This document shows, one piece after another, positions 1-8,957 of a DNA stretch of 64,000 bases. The position numbers and the translations under genes were made by a program. The notes beneath the pieces were generated by a model. That model made no database searches and had not been told where the DNA came from. It saw nothing but the letters and a program-made list of their open reading frames with translations. The stretch spans positions 250,495 through 314,494 of the forward strand of contig JBGAUV010000001.1 of NCBI GenBank assembly GCA_044228445.1, read 5' to 3'. How positions within the stretch are numbered: the first letter of the stretch is position 1; the number at the start of each line of letters is the position of its first letter. This stretch comes from Minisyncoccia bacterium. Lineage in GTDB: Bacteria > Patescibacteriota > Minisyncoccia > Phycocordibacterales > PALSA-1337.

Positions 1-2
1 CT

Positions 3-1052
3 TTATTCTATTTCTTTCCTAGTTTTGGAGTTACGCCAAAAACAACATTGTTTATATATATTGTTTTATCAACAGTATTTACTCTATTTTGGAGAATTCA
101 TAGTTATTCAATATTAAATTTGAGAAAGAAACAGCCGAGTTTAATAATAGGTAGTGGAAAAGAAGTTTCAGAATTGATCACTGAAATAAATCATAATCCA
201 CATATTCCAATATATTGTAAGGATAATGTTGATCCTTCACAGTCTGTTTCAGATATAAATAAATTATTTGAAAATGAGAATAACTATAGATTTATTGTAG
301 CAGATATTGATGATCCAAGAGTAAATAACTTTTTGCCCGAATTGTATAAAAATTTATTTCCAAATGCTTCAATTATAAACTTGCATGATTTATATGAAGA
401 TATATTTGATAAAATTCCTTTATCAAGAATTGATTATGCTTGGATTATGAGTCATGTTAGTTCAATATCTCCAAAAATATATGATATTGGGAAAAGATTT
501 GTAGATTTAGTATTGGCAAGTTTTGTAGCATTATTTGGTTTATTAATTTATCCTTTTGTAGCTATTGCAATAAAAATCGAAGACGGCGGTCCAGTATTAA
601 TAAGTCAATTTAGAATCGGTAAAGATAATCATGTTTTTCCAATATATAAATACAGAAGTATGACTCGTAGTGATAATGGTAAATGGTTGCCTGAAAGTGA
701 AAATAAAGTGACAAGAGTTGGTAAATTTATAAGAAAAACCAGAATTGATGAATTACCACAAGCATTGGCAATAATAAAAGGTGATATGTCTCTTATTGGT
801 CCAAGAGCAGATATTATTGATCTTGGTAAAAGATTGGAAAAAGAAATTCCATATTACACTATTCGTACAGTTATAAAACCTGGTCTTTCTGGTTGGGCAC
901 AAGTAAATCAAGAAAAACCACCTCAATCAATAGAAGAAACAAAGATTCGTCTATCTTATGATCTTTACTATATAAAGCATCGTTCTTTGAGTCTTGATTT
1001 ATTAATTGCTCTAAGAACTCTCAAGACTTTATTGTCTAGAGAGGGTATGTAA
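3..1052 (+). CDS. Polyprenyl-phosphate glycosyl-1-phosphate transferase (bacterial sugar transferase family, WbaP/ExoY-like); 5' end probably outside window
   Basis: Frame is open from the window edge to the listed TTG at 48. C-terminal motifs DELPQ, GDMSLIGPR and PGLSGWAQV are typical of this family. Confidence 0.8.
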   Translation, partial: LFYFFPSFGVTPKTTLFIYIVLSTVFTLFWRIHSYSILNLRKKQPSLIIGSGKEVSELITEINHNPHIPIYCKDNVDPSQSVSDINKLFENENNYRFIVADIDDPRVNNFLPELYKNLFPNASIINLHDLYEDIFDKIPLSRIDYAWIMSHVSSISPKIYDIGKRFVDLVLASFVALFGLLIYPFVAIAIKIEDGGPVLISQFRIGKDNHVFPIYKYRSMTRSDNGKWLPESENKVTRVGKFIRKTRIDELPQALAIIKGDMSLIGPRADIIDLGKRLEKEIPYYTIRTVIKPGLSGWAQVNQEKPPQSIEETKIRLSYDLYYIKHRSLSLDLLIALRTLKTLLSREGM

Positions 1053-1068
1053 TATATAATTCCAAAAT

Positions 1069-2130
1069 ATGAATACTATATTTATAACTGGTGGAGCAGG
1101 GTATGTTGGTGCAATGTTACTTGATATTTTTTCAAGACGTTCAGATGTTAATAAAATAATTGCACTAGATACTCAACCTTTTCCTGATTTCCTAAAAACA
1201 AGTGGTGCACAAATAGATAAGATAAAGTTTATAGTAGCAAATACCTCTGACAATACTTGGCAAGATGAAGTTGCAAGTTTTAAACCTAATATTGTAATAC
1301 ACACAGCTTGGCAAATAAGAGAAATGTATGGAAAGAAAAAAACACAATGGAAATGGAATATTACAGGAAGTGATAATGTATTTGATTTTGCTTTAAATAC
1401 ACCTTCAGTAGAAAAATTAATTCATTTCTCTACTGTAGCTTCTTATGGTGCTTTTAGTACAAATGAAATTACTCATTTATTTAAAGAAGATGAACCATTT
1501 AGAAAATCACCATATCTTTATGCAGAAGAGAAGAGAATTGCTGAAGAGCACCTTATAGAAAAATATAATAATGCAAAAAAGAATAATTCTAAAGTTAAGA
1601 TTGCAATTATAAGACCTGCCGCAATAACAGGTCCAAGAGGAAGATATATGAGAATAAGATTCGGTCTTCAATCTGCTTTATCTGGAAAATTAAAGGGATC
1701 ATTTATATACAATATTGTAAGTCTTCTTGTTTCTTTTGTGCCTATTACAAAAAAATGGTGCAGACAGTTTATACATGAAGATGATATTGTGGGAGTTGTA
1801 ACTACTTTAGCTTTTGATAATTTAAAGAATGATTTTGATATATTCAATGCTTGTCCATCAGGACCAGTTGTTACTGGTAATGATATGGCACAAGCAGTAG
1901 GTAAAAGATCAATTATGGTTAGTCCATATTTAATTAGGTTTGTATTCTTTTTAATGTGGAATTTAACTTTGGGTAAAATACCAACTTCAAAGGGAGGATG
2001 GAAATCGTATTCATATCCAATAGCTGTAGATGGTACCAGGATTACAAAAATTTATGGTTATAAATACAATTGGCAATCAAAAGAGGCATTTACAACCAAA
2101 AGTGGATATTATTCAAAATATGCTGTTTAA
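1069..2130 (+). CDS. NAD-dependent epimerase/dehydratase (extended SDR)
   Basis: N-terminal Rossmann motif IFITGGAGYVG; length and SYG/YxxxK-like region fit sugar-nucleotide epimerases. Confidence 0.7.
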   Translation: MNTIFITGGAGYVGAMLLDIFSRRSDVNKIIALDTQPFPDFLKTSGAQIDKIKFIVANTSDNTWQDEVASFKPNIVIHTAWQIREMYGKKKTQWKWNITGSDNVFDFALNTPSVEKLIHFSTVASYGAFSTNEITHLFKEDEPFRKSPYLYAEEKRIAEEHLIEKYNNAKKNNSKVKIAIIRPAAITGPRGRYMRIRFGLQSALSGKLKGSFIYNIVSLLVSFVPITKKWCRQFIHEDDIVGVVTTLAFDNLKNDFDIFNACPSGPVVTGNDMAQAVGKRSIMVSPYLIRFVFFLMWNLTLGKIPTSKGGWKSYSYPIAVDGTRITKIYGYKYNWQSKEAFTTKSGYYSKYAV

Positions 2131-2223
2131 TATGTTTTTTGTTGCAAAATAGCACCAAATACCTATAATAAACTCACAAGTTGATTCATTAATATTTAAG
2201 AGCTGTCAATAAAATAAAATTAT

Positions 2224-3129
2224 ATGTTTGTCGTAAAATACAGAAAATTTTTCTACGCACTATCAAGTATCCTAATTCTAGGTTCAGTTTTTTCAATGGT
2301 TTATTGGGGTTTCAATCTAGGTATAGATTTTAAAGGAGGATCAATACTTGAAGTAGAATATAAAGACGTAAGACCAGCTCAAACAGATTTAATAACAGCT
2401 ATTACTCCACTAAATTTAGATGCTTCTGTTAGGCCAACAGGGGATAAAGGTTTTATTATAAGAATGAAATCTATAAATCAGGATGAAAAGAAATCATTAG
2501 TTGAAGCTTTGGCTATACCAAAGGATGCAAAGTTTGAAGAAAAGAGATTTGATTCAATAGGTCCAGTTCTTGGTGTTGAGGCACTTAGAAAATCTCTTTC
2601 ATCAATTGCTCTAGTTCTTTTGGCAATAGTCCTATTTATTGCTTATGCATTCAGAAAAGTTTCAGAACCTATATCATCTTGGAAATACGGTTTTGTTGCT
2701 ATTATTGCTCTATTTCACGATGTAATAATTCCAACTGGAGTATTCTCTATACTAGGACATTTTAAGGGATATGAAATTGATACATTGTTTGTTACAGCAT
2801 TACTAGTTGTACTTGGTTTCTCTGTTCACGATACTATTGTGGTATTTGATAGAGTTAGAGAAAATCTTGGACATGCAAGTTCAAAAAAGCCTTTTATAGA
2901 AATAGTAGGAGAGAGTGTAAGTCAGACTTTTACACGTTCTATAAACACTTCACTTACGACACTACTTGCACTGATTGTTCTGTACTTTATTGGAGGTGAA
3001 TCAACACAACACTTTTCTTTAGCGCTGATAATAGGTATTGTTGCAGGAACATATTCTTCTATATTTATAGGTTCACCATTACTTGTAACTATTGAGAGAT
3101 GGCAATCAAAAAGAAAGAATAATAAATAA
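2224..3129 (+). CDS. secF: Protein translocase subunit SecF
   Basis: DFKGGSILEV N-terminal motif, HDTIVVFDRVREN, six predicted TM segments; no adjacent secD. Confidence 0.85.
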   Translation: MFVVKYRKFFYALSSILILGSVFSMVYWGFNLGIDFKGGSILEVEYKDVRPAQTDLITAITPLNLDASVRPTGDKGFIIRMKSINQDEKKSLVEALAIPKDAKFEEKRFDSIGPVLGVEALRKSLSSIALVLLAIVLFIAYAFRKVSEPISSWKYGFVAIIALFHDVIIPTGVFSILGHFKGYEIDTLFVTALLVVLGFSVHDTIVVFDRVRENLGHASSKKPFIEIVGESVSQTFTRSINTSLTTLLALIVLYFIGGESTQHFSLALIIGIVAGTYSSIFIGSPLLVTIERWQSKRKNNK

Positions 3130-3133
3130 TGCT

Positions 3134-3361
3134 ATGGCTAGTAAAGGTGGGGATGAAACAGTGGGAATTATAGGAGCGTTTAAAGGAATAATATTTGAGC
3201 TTATTTCTCTTATATTTGGTGCTATTAAAGATACTCTGGCTTTATTATGGGAATTTATATCGGGCGTTTGGAAGAATATTACTGATATTATAGCTGTTCC
3301 ATTTACGGATTTTGTTATAAATTTCGCAAAAATCACTGTAAAAGAACTAAAAGGTAAATAA
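3134..3361 (+). CDS. Hypothetical small hydrophobic protein (start moved to the ATG after the secF stop)
   Basis: ORF only; an internal ATG at 3134 avoids the overlap with secF; no recognisable motif. Confidence 0.3.
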   Translation: MASKGGDETVGIIGAFKGIIFELISLIFGAIKDTLALLWEFISGVWKNITDIIAVPFTDFVINFAKITVKELKGK

Positions 3362-3464
3362 GGTTTTATACCAAGTATTCAGGTATTTTTTATAGCATAT
3401 TTAACCCTAATCATAGCCTTATTTTGAATTGTATTGTTAAGTATTTTATATATATAGAAAAAGC

Positions 3465-3492
3465 TTGACTTTATTTTCTATATGAGTAGAAT
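3465..3492 (+). promoter_or_regulatory. Putative 16S rRNA promoter (TTGACT-N16-TAGAAT) with A/T-rich upstream region
   Basis: Read directly; lies ~235 nt upstream of the mature 16S 5' end. Confidence 0.45.
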
Positions 3493-3690
3493 GATATCCA
3501 CGCCTTAAGTAAGGCTGTGTTTATTGAAAATTTTAAGTTATGCATTAGAAAATTATGAGAACGTTTCTTAACAATAACATTGTTGAGAAGTCGAATTGAA
3601 AAGGTTCTTGTGAAGTCTAATGTCTATTTCAAATGATTCCTTAGAGCGGAATCAAACTCTATAGCAATTAAAAAGTGCTCAAAGTTTTAC

Positions 3691-3722
3691 ACTATACTGT
3701 GTTTTATTTTGTTCCATTCATT
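3691..3722 (+). other. 5' strand of the 16S processing stem
   Basis: TTATTTTGTTCCATTCAT is perfectly complementary (18 nt, extended by ACTGT) to 5409-5437. Confidence 0.6.
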
Positions 3723-5250
3723 TTAGTTAAGAGTTTGATCCTAGCTCAGGATGAACGCTGGCGGCGTGGATAAGGCATGCAAGTCAAACGGCTTAGCACT
3801 GTGCTCGCAAATTAATATTTGTTAGTAGAGTGCTAAGCAGTGGCAGACGAGGTAGTAATAAGCAGGTATCAACCTTCGAGTCAAGAATACCTCATCGAAA
3901 GATGAGTTAATACTTGATAGTCTCGAAAGAGTAAAGATTTATCGCTCGAAGATGAGCCTGTTCAGTATCAGCTAGTTGGTAGGGTAATGGCCTACCAAGG
4001 CTTCGACGCTTAGGGGAGGTGAGAGCCTGACCCCCACCGATGGAACTGAGACACGGTCCATACACCTACGGGTGGCCGCAGTCGAGAATCTTCCGCAATG
4101 GACGAAAGTCTGACGGAGCGACGCCGCGTGGATGATGAAGCACTTCGGTGCGTAAAATCCTTTTGCCAGGGAGAAAGTTTATTGATAGTACTTGGCGAAT
4201 AAGAGGTTGCTAAACTCGTGCCAGCAGCAGCGGTAATACGAGTGCCTCAAGCGTTATCCGGAATCATTGGGCGTAAAGGTTGTGTAGGTGGTTATATTAG
4301 TCTTTTGTTAAATTCTTCGGCTTAACCGGGGGCATGCAGAGGAAACGGTATAACTAGAGGATGCGAGGGGTTTCTGGAACTCATAGTGTAGCGGTAAAAT
4401 GCGTTGATATTATGGGGAACACCAAAAGCGAAGGCATGAAACTAGAGCACTCCTGACACTGAAACAAGAAAGCGTGGGTCGCGAATGGGATTAGATACCC
4501 CAGTAGTCCACGCCCTAAACGATCTTCTCTTGCTTTTCGGAGTATCGACCCTCCGAGAGGCGAAGCTAACGCGTTAAGAGAAGCGCCTGGGTAGTACGAC
4601 CGCAAGGTTAAAACTCAAAGGAATAGACGGGGACTTGCACAAGCGGTGGATCATGTGGCTCAATTCGACGGTAAACGAAGAACCTTACCAGGGTTTGAAA
4701 CCTAGCTGAATACTTTAGGAAACTAGAGTAGTCGCAAGACAGTTAGGCAGGTGATGCATGGCCGTCGTCAGTTCGTGGCTTGAGTTGTTCCCTTCAGTGG
4801 GGTAACGAACGCAACCCTCGTTGTCTGTTATATTTGTCAGGCGAGACTGCCCACGACATAGCGCATAAACTAAGTTTGTGCTCTGCGTCGTGGGAGGAAG
4901 GTGAGGATGACGCCAGGTCAGCATGTCCCTTTGATACCCTGGGCTGCACACGTGATACAATCGTATCTACAACAGGACGCAATACCGATAAAAGGTGGAG
5001 CAAATCCTTAGAAAAGATACGTCAGTTTGGATTGAGGTCTGCAACTCGACCTCATGAAACCGGAATCGCTAGTAATCGCAGATCAGCTATGCTGCGGTGA
5101 ATACGTTCTCAAGTCTTGTACTCACCGCCCGTCAACTCAAGGGAGTTGGGAGTACCCGAAGTCCGCGCTTGTCGCGGCCTAAGGTAAGCTCAATGACAGG
5201 GAGTAAGTCGTAACAAGGCACGGGTAGCGGAAGCTGCTCGTGGATTATTT
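3723..5250 (+). rRNA. rrs: 16S ribosomal RNA
   Basis: AGAGTTTGATCCTAGCTCAG at 3730; GTGCCAGCAGCAGCGGTAATACG (515 region, one mismatch to the universal primer); AAGTCGTAACAAGG at 5206; helix 45 with GGAA loop at 5221-5240. Confidence 0.95.
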
Positions 5251-5407
5251 CAAATTGAATCTTGATAATCCCTCAGGGATTATCTTACCGAGTCGATTTT
5301 TGTACTTAATTGTACAAACAAGGGATATTGTTCTACTACCTTACAGTGAACACTCAGTCTGCGAGAGAAAAGACAAAGATCGGTGTCCTCTATAGAGACA
5401 CTGATCG

Positions 5408-5437
5408 GATGAATGGAACAAAATAAAGTACAGTAAT
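5408..5437 (+). other. 3' strand of the 16S processing stem
   Basis: ATGAATGGAACAAAATAAA is complementary to 3701-3720. Confidence 0.6.
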
Positions 5438-5444
5438 ATGAAAG

Positions 5445-5475
5445 AACCGCTTAAAAGGCGGTTTTTTCTTTTTAT
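5445..5475 (+). terminator. Rho-independent terminator closing the 16S transcription unit
   Basis: AACCGC-TTAAAAG-GCGGTT followed by TTTTTCTTTTT. Confidence 0.7.
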
Positions 5476-5563
5476 AAATAATTATTTCCACATTTACTAT
5501 ATTTGATATGTGTGATATGTTTTTAGTGGAAATCTAGACATAGAGTCTAGTTAGAAAGGAGAT

Positions 5564-5722
5564 ATGAACAGACTTCAACTTGCTCGTAGGGTTGAGTATA
5601 GTCAACCCTCTGTTAAAGAACAAAAGCAATCAATCAGTGTTGGTTCATTTTTGCTTGCTTTGTTTATATTTATATTGGCTTTTGGGCCAATGGTAGTAGA
5701 AGGATTTCTTACAACATTTTAA
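5564..5722 (+). CDS. Small (52 aa) protein with a C-terminal TM helix
   Basis: AAAGGAGAT immediately 5' of the ATG; MNRLQLARRVEYSQPSVKEQKQSISVGSFLLALFIFILAFGPMVVEGFLTTF; below the ORF-track size cutoff. Confidence 0.4.
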   Translation: MNRLQLARRVEYSQPSVKEQKQSISVGSFLLALFIFILAFGPMVVEGFLTTF

Positions 5723-5799
5723 GGAGAGAAAGGAGATATGTTTCAATTTTTATAACCACGCGATTCTTTATGCGCGTGGTTTGTCATCTAGTTTAATAT

Positions 5800-6486
5800 A
5801 TGAAAATAAAATTTTTCAAAATAATAGTTTTAATAATAGCAATATTGTTCTCAAAACATGCTTTTGCAAAAGAAGTTATATGTCCTGAGGGGTATATTTG
5901 CTTACCAAAAAATGATCCACTTATACTTGCTTCAACAAGTCCTTGTTTTATAGGTTCAAGCATGACAACCTCTTTTAAGGATTTAGATTCAAAAGCTAAA
6001 TCAATAGGTGATAGTATTTCATTTAAATTATTAAATAAGAATAAAGATTACGCTGGTACTTGGGGAGTATTTAAAAGTGGAAGTGGATCAAGTCCTGATT
6101 ACAATAAAGATTGGGGTTTTGAACTAAGTCTAAATCTTTCAAAATTAAAAACCATAAAGTCTATTACAATTATAAACGATGATGGTAATGAAGGTTGGTC
6201 AACTAGTGCGGATGAAAAGTTATTTGGTAAAAAGCCTTATCCTCTTGTTGTTATAGATAAAAATGGAGAGCAATTAAATTATGAATATGAAGATACTATT
6301 TTTATACCAAAAGGTGAAAGTATTTTAAATCTATACGGTCAGATTGAATATAGTGACTTAAGAAATACGGAAATTGTTGTTATTTTCACTGATAATACTT
6401 ATTTGAATAGTAAGATTATTGAAAATGCTTCAACTCAAGCAAATAATAGTCTTTGGGCTAAGTTAAAATCTAAGTTTGGATTTTAA
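5800..6486 (+). CDS. Secreted protein of unknown function
   Basis: Signal peptide MKIKFFKIIVLIIAILFSKHAFA|KE; no recognisable domain. Confidence 0.6.
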   Translation: MKIKFFKIIVLIIAILFSKHAFAKEVICPEGYICLPKNDPLILASTSPCFIGSSMTTSFKDLDSKAKSIGDSISFKLLNKNKDYAGTWGVFKSGSGSSPDYNKDWGFELSLNLSKLKTIKSITIINDDGNEGWSTSADEKLFGKKPYPLVVIDKNGEQLNYEYEDTIFIPKGESILNLYGQIEYSDLRNTEIVVIFTDNTYLNSKIIENASTQANNSLWAKLKSKFGF

Positions 6487-6523
6487 TTGATGTTTAGTCG
6501 TATTTTTGGTATATTCAACAATG

Positions 6524-6555
6524 TTTTAAATGCGCGTATAGCTGACTTGGTAGGG
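6524..6555 (+). repeat. Degenerate duplicate of the tRNA-Ile 5' half plus its upstream flank
   Basis: ATGCGCGTATAGCTgacTTGGTAGgG versus ATGCGCGTATAGCTcagTTGGTAGaG at 6590-6615; diverges after the D-arm. Confidence 0.6.
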
Positions 6556-6591
6556 TTGAGTGTCACTTATACGTTTTGAGATTTTTACCAT

Positions 6592-6664
6592 GCGCGTATA
6601 GCTCAGTTGGTAGAGCACACCACTGATACTGGTGGGGTCCCTGGTTCGAGTCCAGGTACGCGCA
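6592..6664 (+). tRNA. tRNA-Ile (anticodon GAU), CCA not encoded
   Basis: Manual cloverleaf: acceptor GCGCGTA/TACGCGC, D-arm GCTC/GAGC, anticodon stem CACCA/TGGTG with loop CTGATAC, T-arm CCTGG-TTCGAGT-CCAGG. Confidence 0.9.
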
Positions 6665-6758
6665 CAAAGTTTTTATATTTCAAAAAATGTGGTAATGTAT
6701 TTGTGGAAAGGAGAAAAAATGACCGCATATACATTCGAAGGAAAAAAATAAAAAATCA

Positions 6759-6795
6759 AAAAGCGCGCCTCTTCAGGTGGCGCTTTTGTTTTATT
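6759..6795 (+). terminator. Rho-independent terminator after the tRNA
   Basis: AAAAGCGC...GCGCTTTTGTTTT hairpin. Confidence 0.55.
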
Positions 6796-6823
6796 TAAGT
6801 ACTTTTATTGTTAAAATACCTTT

Positions 6824-7354
6824 ATGCGTTCAAATAAGAACTATGTAAAGCTTTTGATTTCAGGACTACTCGCTTGGTATTTTATAGAATACGCTTTAGG
6901 AGAAAAAACAGAATTCAAATGGAATATACTTGATGGAGTAGATTTAATTATACATGAAGCAGGGCACACCATATTTATGTTTTTTGGAGAATTTATTCAT
7001 GTGCTCGGAGGATCATTTTTCCAAGTTTTTGTACCAGCAGTATTTGTATTTTATTTTCTATATTTCAGAAAAGAGTATTATTCAGGATCACTTTTATTAT
7101 TTTGGTTAGGACAAAGTGTATTAAATTTATCAGTATACGTAGGAGATTCAATAAGACAAGAATTACCACTTTTAGGTGGAGATAATTCAATACATGATTG
7201 GAATTATATATTATCCAAACTAGGACTTTTAAGACAGACTTATCATATAGCAACAGGTTTTTATGATATAGGGTTCTTTATAATCATTACAGCAATAGTG
7301 CTTTCATGCTATTTTGCTTGGTACGGAGAACTTTACACTACAACTGATAAATAA
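6824..7354 (+). CDS. Polytopic membrane protein with an HExxH motif (putative metalloprotease-like)
   Basis: IIHEAGHTIF motif; several hydrophobic segments. Confidence 0.5.
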   Translation: MRSNKNYVKLLISGLLAWYFIEYALGEKTEFKWNILDGVDLIIHEAGHTIFMFFGEFIHVLGGSFFQVFVPAVFVFYFLYFRKEYYSGSLLLFWLGQSVLNLSVYVGDSIRQELPLLGGDNSIHDWNYILSKLGLLRQTYHIATGFYDIGFFIIITAIVLSCYFAWYGELYTTTDK

Positions 7355-7426
7355 TCATATAACGTTGATTTTAAGCCTTATTTAATGTATAATCCCTCTA
7401 CATTTTTATAATTAAATAATAATTAA

Positions 7427-8842
7427 ATGAAACCAGTAAAGAAGACAAAGATAGTTTGTACTATAGGACCAGCAACAGAAAGTTATGAAAAACTCTCATC
7501 ATTAGTTGATGCAGGTATGAATGTAATGAGACTAAATTTTTCTCACGGTGATTTTGCTGAACATCAAAAGAGGGTAGATAATCTTAGAAAATTAACTGCA
7601 AAGACAGGTGATATAGTTACAATATTTCAAGATTTAGGTGGTCCAAAGATTCGTATTGGTGATTTTGAAAATGGAGCTATTATTCTAAAAGAAGGTGAAA
7701 CTTTTACTCTTACGACAGAAAAGATAATTGGAAATGAAAAGAAAGTTCATGTTAATTATCCATTATTACCAAAGGAAGTAAAAGTCGGAGGTTATATATT
7801 ACTTCACGATGGAAAGAAAAAATTACAAATTACTGGAATAAAAGGTAATGAAGTAATAACAAAGGTTATAGTAGGAGGAGAAATCAAAAATAGAAGAGGC
7901 GTAAATCTTCCTGGAGCTTATCTTTCAATAAGTTCAATAACAGAAAAAGACAGAAAAGATTTGGAATTTGGAATTAAAAATGAACTAGATTATATTGCTC
8001 TTTCTTTTGTAAGACGTCCAGCCGATGTAATTGAATTAAGAGAATTACTTAAAAAGGCAAAATCAAAAGCAGGAATAATATCAAAAATCGAGACACCAGA
8101 AGCACTGGAAAATATTGATGAAATTATAAAATTATCTGATGCAATTATGGTAGCAAGAGGGGATCTTGCGATTGAAATTCCAGCTGAAGATGTACCAATG
8201 GCTCAGAAAATGATTATAAGAAAATGTAATGCACTTGGAAAACCTGTTATTACAGCAACTCAAATGCTTGAATCTATGATAAAAAGTCCTGTTCCAACAA
8301 GAGCAGAAGTTTCTGATGTTGCTAATGCAATAATTGATGGTACTGATGCAATAATGTTGTCTGAAGAGACTACACTAGGAGATTTTCCAGTTGAAGCAGT
8401 TAGTATGATGACAAGGATAGCTAAGAGAATTGAAGGAGAAATATATACAAATAAAACAATATCAGAATATGACCATTCTCATGGTATTACTGATGTAGTT
8501 TCAAGATCAGCAGTCTTAACAGCACATGAGCTAGAAGCAAAGACAATAGTAGCTTTAACAGCAACAGGTAAAACTGCGCGTATGGTTTCTAGATATCACC
8601 CAGCTGAAATTATAACAGCTTTTACTACAGATGAAACTGTTGCAAGACAATTAAGTCTATCATTTGGTTGCTATCCAGTAGTTGTGCCATCATTTACATC
8701 AATAAATACAATTGTAAATACAATAAAGAAAATTGCTCCAAAAAAGGATATTGCAAAGAAAGGAGATAAAATTGTAATAGTAGCTGGTATGCCTTTTGCA
8801 AAAGGGCAAGAGACAAATACAATTCTAGTTGAATCAATATAG
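7427..8842 (+). CDS. pyk: Pyruvate kinase
   Basis: KTKIVCTIGPA, MNVMRLNFSHG, MVARGDLAIEIP motifs. Confidence 0.9.
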   Translation: MKPVKKTKIVCTIGPATESYEKLSSLVDAGMNVMRLNFSHGDFAEHQKRVDNLRKLTAKTGDIVTIFQDLGGPKIRIGDFENGAIILKEGETFTLTTEKIIGNEKKVHVNYPLLPKEVKVGGYILLHDGKKKLQITGIKGNEVITKVIVGGEIKNRRGVNLPGAYLSISSITEKDRKDLEFGIKNELDYIALSFVRRPADVIELRELLKKAKSKAGIISKIETPEALENIDEIIKLSDAIMVARGDLAIEIPAEDVPMAQKMIIRKCNALGKPVITATQMLESMIKSPVPTRAEVSDVANAIIDGTDAIMLSEETTLGDFPVEAVSMMTRIAKRIEGEIYTNKTISEYDHSHGITDVVSRSAVLTAHELEAKTIVALTATGKTARMVSRYHPAEIITAFTTDETVARQLSLSFGCYPVVVPSFTSINTIVNTIKKIAPKKDIAKKGDKIVIVAGMPFAKGQETNTILVESI

Positions 8843-8957
8843 TTATCCCCAAAAAACTATAAAAATAAGGTAGTTATCCACAAAAGATAAAATTTTGATA
8901 AAATTTTTATCTTTTCTGGTATTGTTTTAACAAAAGCGTGATTGCTATAATCACGTA

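Noticed and set aside
4381-5100. Four ORFs (4381-4605-, 4715-4960-, 4780-5100+, 4794-5003-)
   Set aside because: They lie entirely inside the 16S rRNA gene and are spurious reading frames in structured RNA.
3723-5250. Intron or intervening sequence in the 16S gene (common in CPR)
   Set aside because: The gene is ~1.53 kb with all conserved blocks contiguous. There is only a modestly extended helix near 3790-3840.
5738-6751. Mini-ORFs MFQFL (5738-5755) and MTAYTFEGKK (6719-6751) as annotated genes
   Set aside because: They are too short to call as CDS without expression data. They are reported only as part of the SD-like motif observation.
6607-6798. 63-aa ORF on the plus strand
   Set aside because: It starts inside tRNA-Ile and runs through the downstream terminator, so it is not a gene.
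8843-8879. Possible oriC: a perfect DnaA box TTATCCACA (8871-8879) plus a one-mismatch box TTATCCCCA (8843-8851)
   Set aside because: There are only two boxes, no dnaA or dnaN nearby, and no adjacent AT-rich unwinding repeats. The site overlaps the pyk terminator region. This is insufficient for an origin call.
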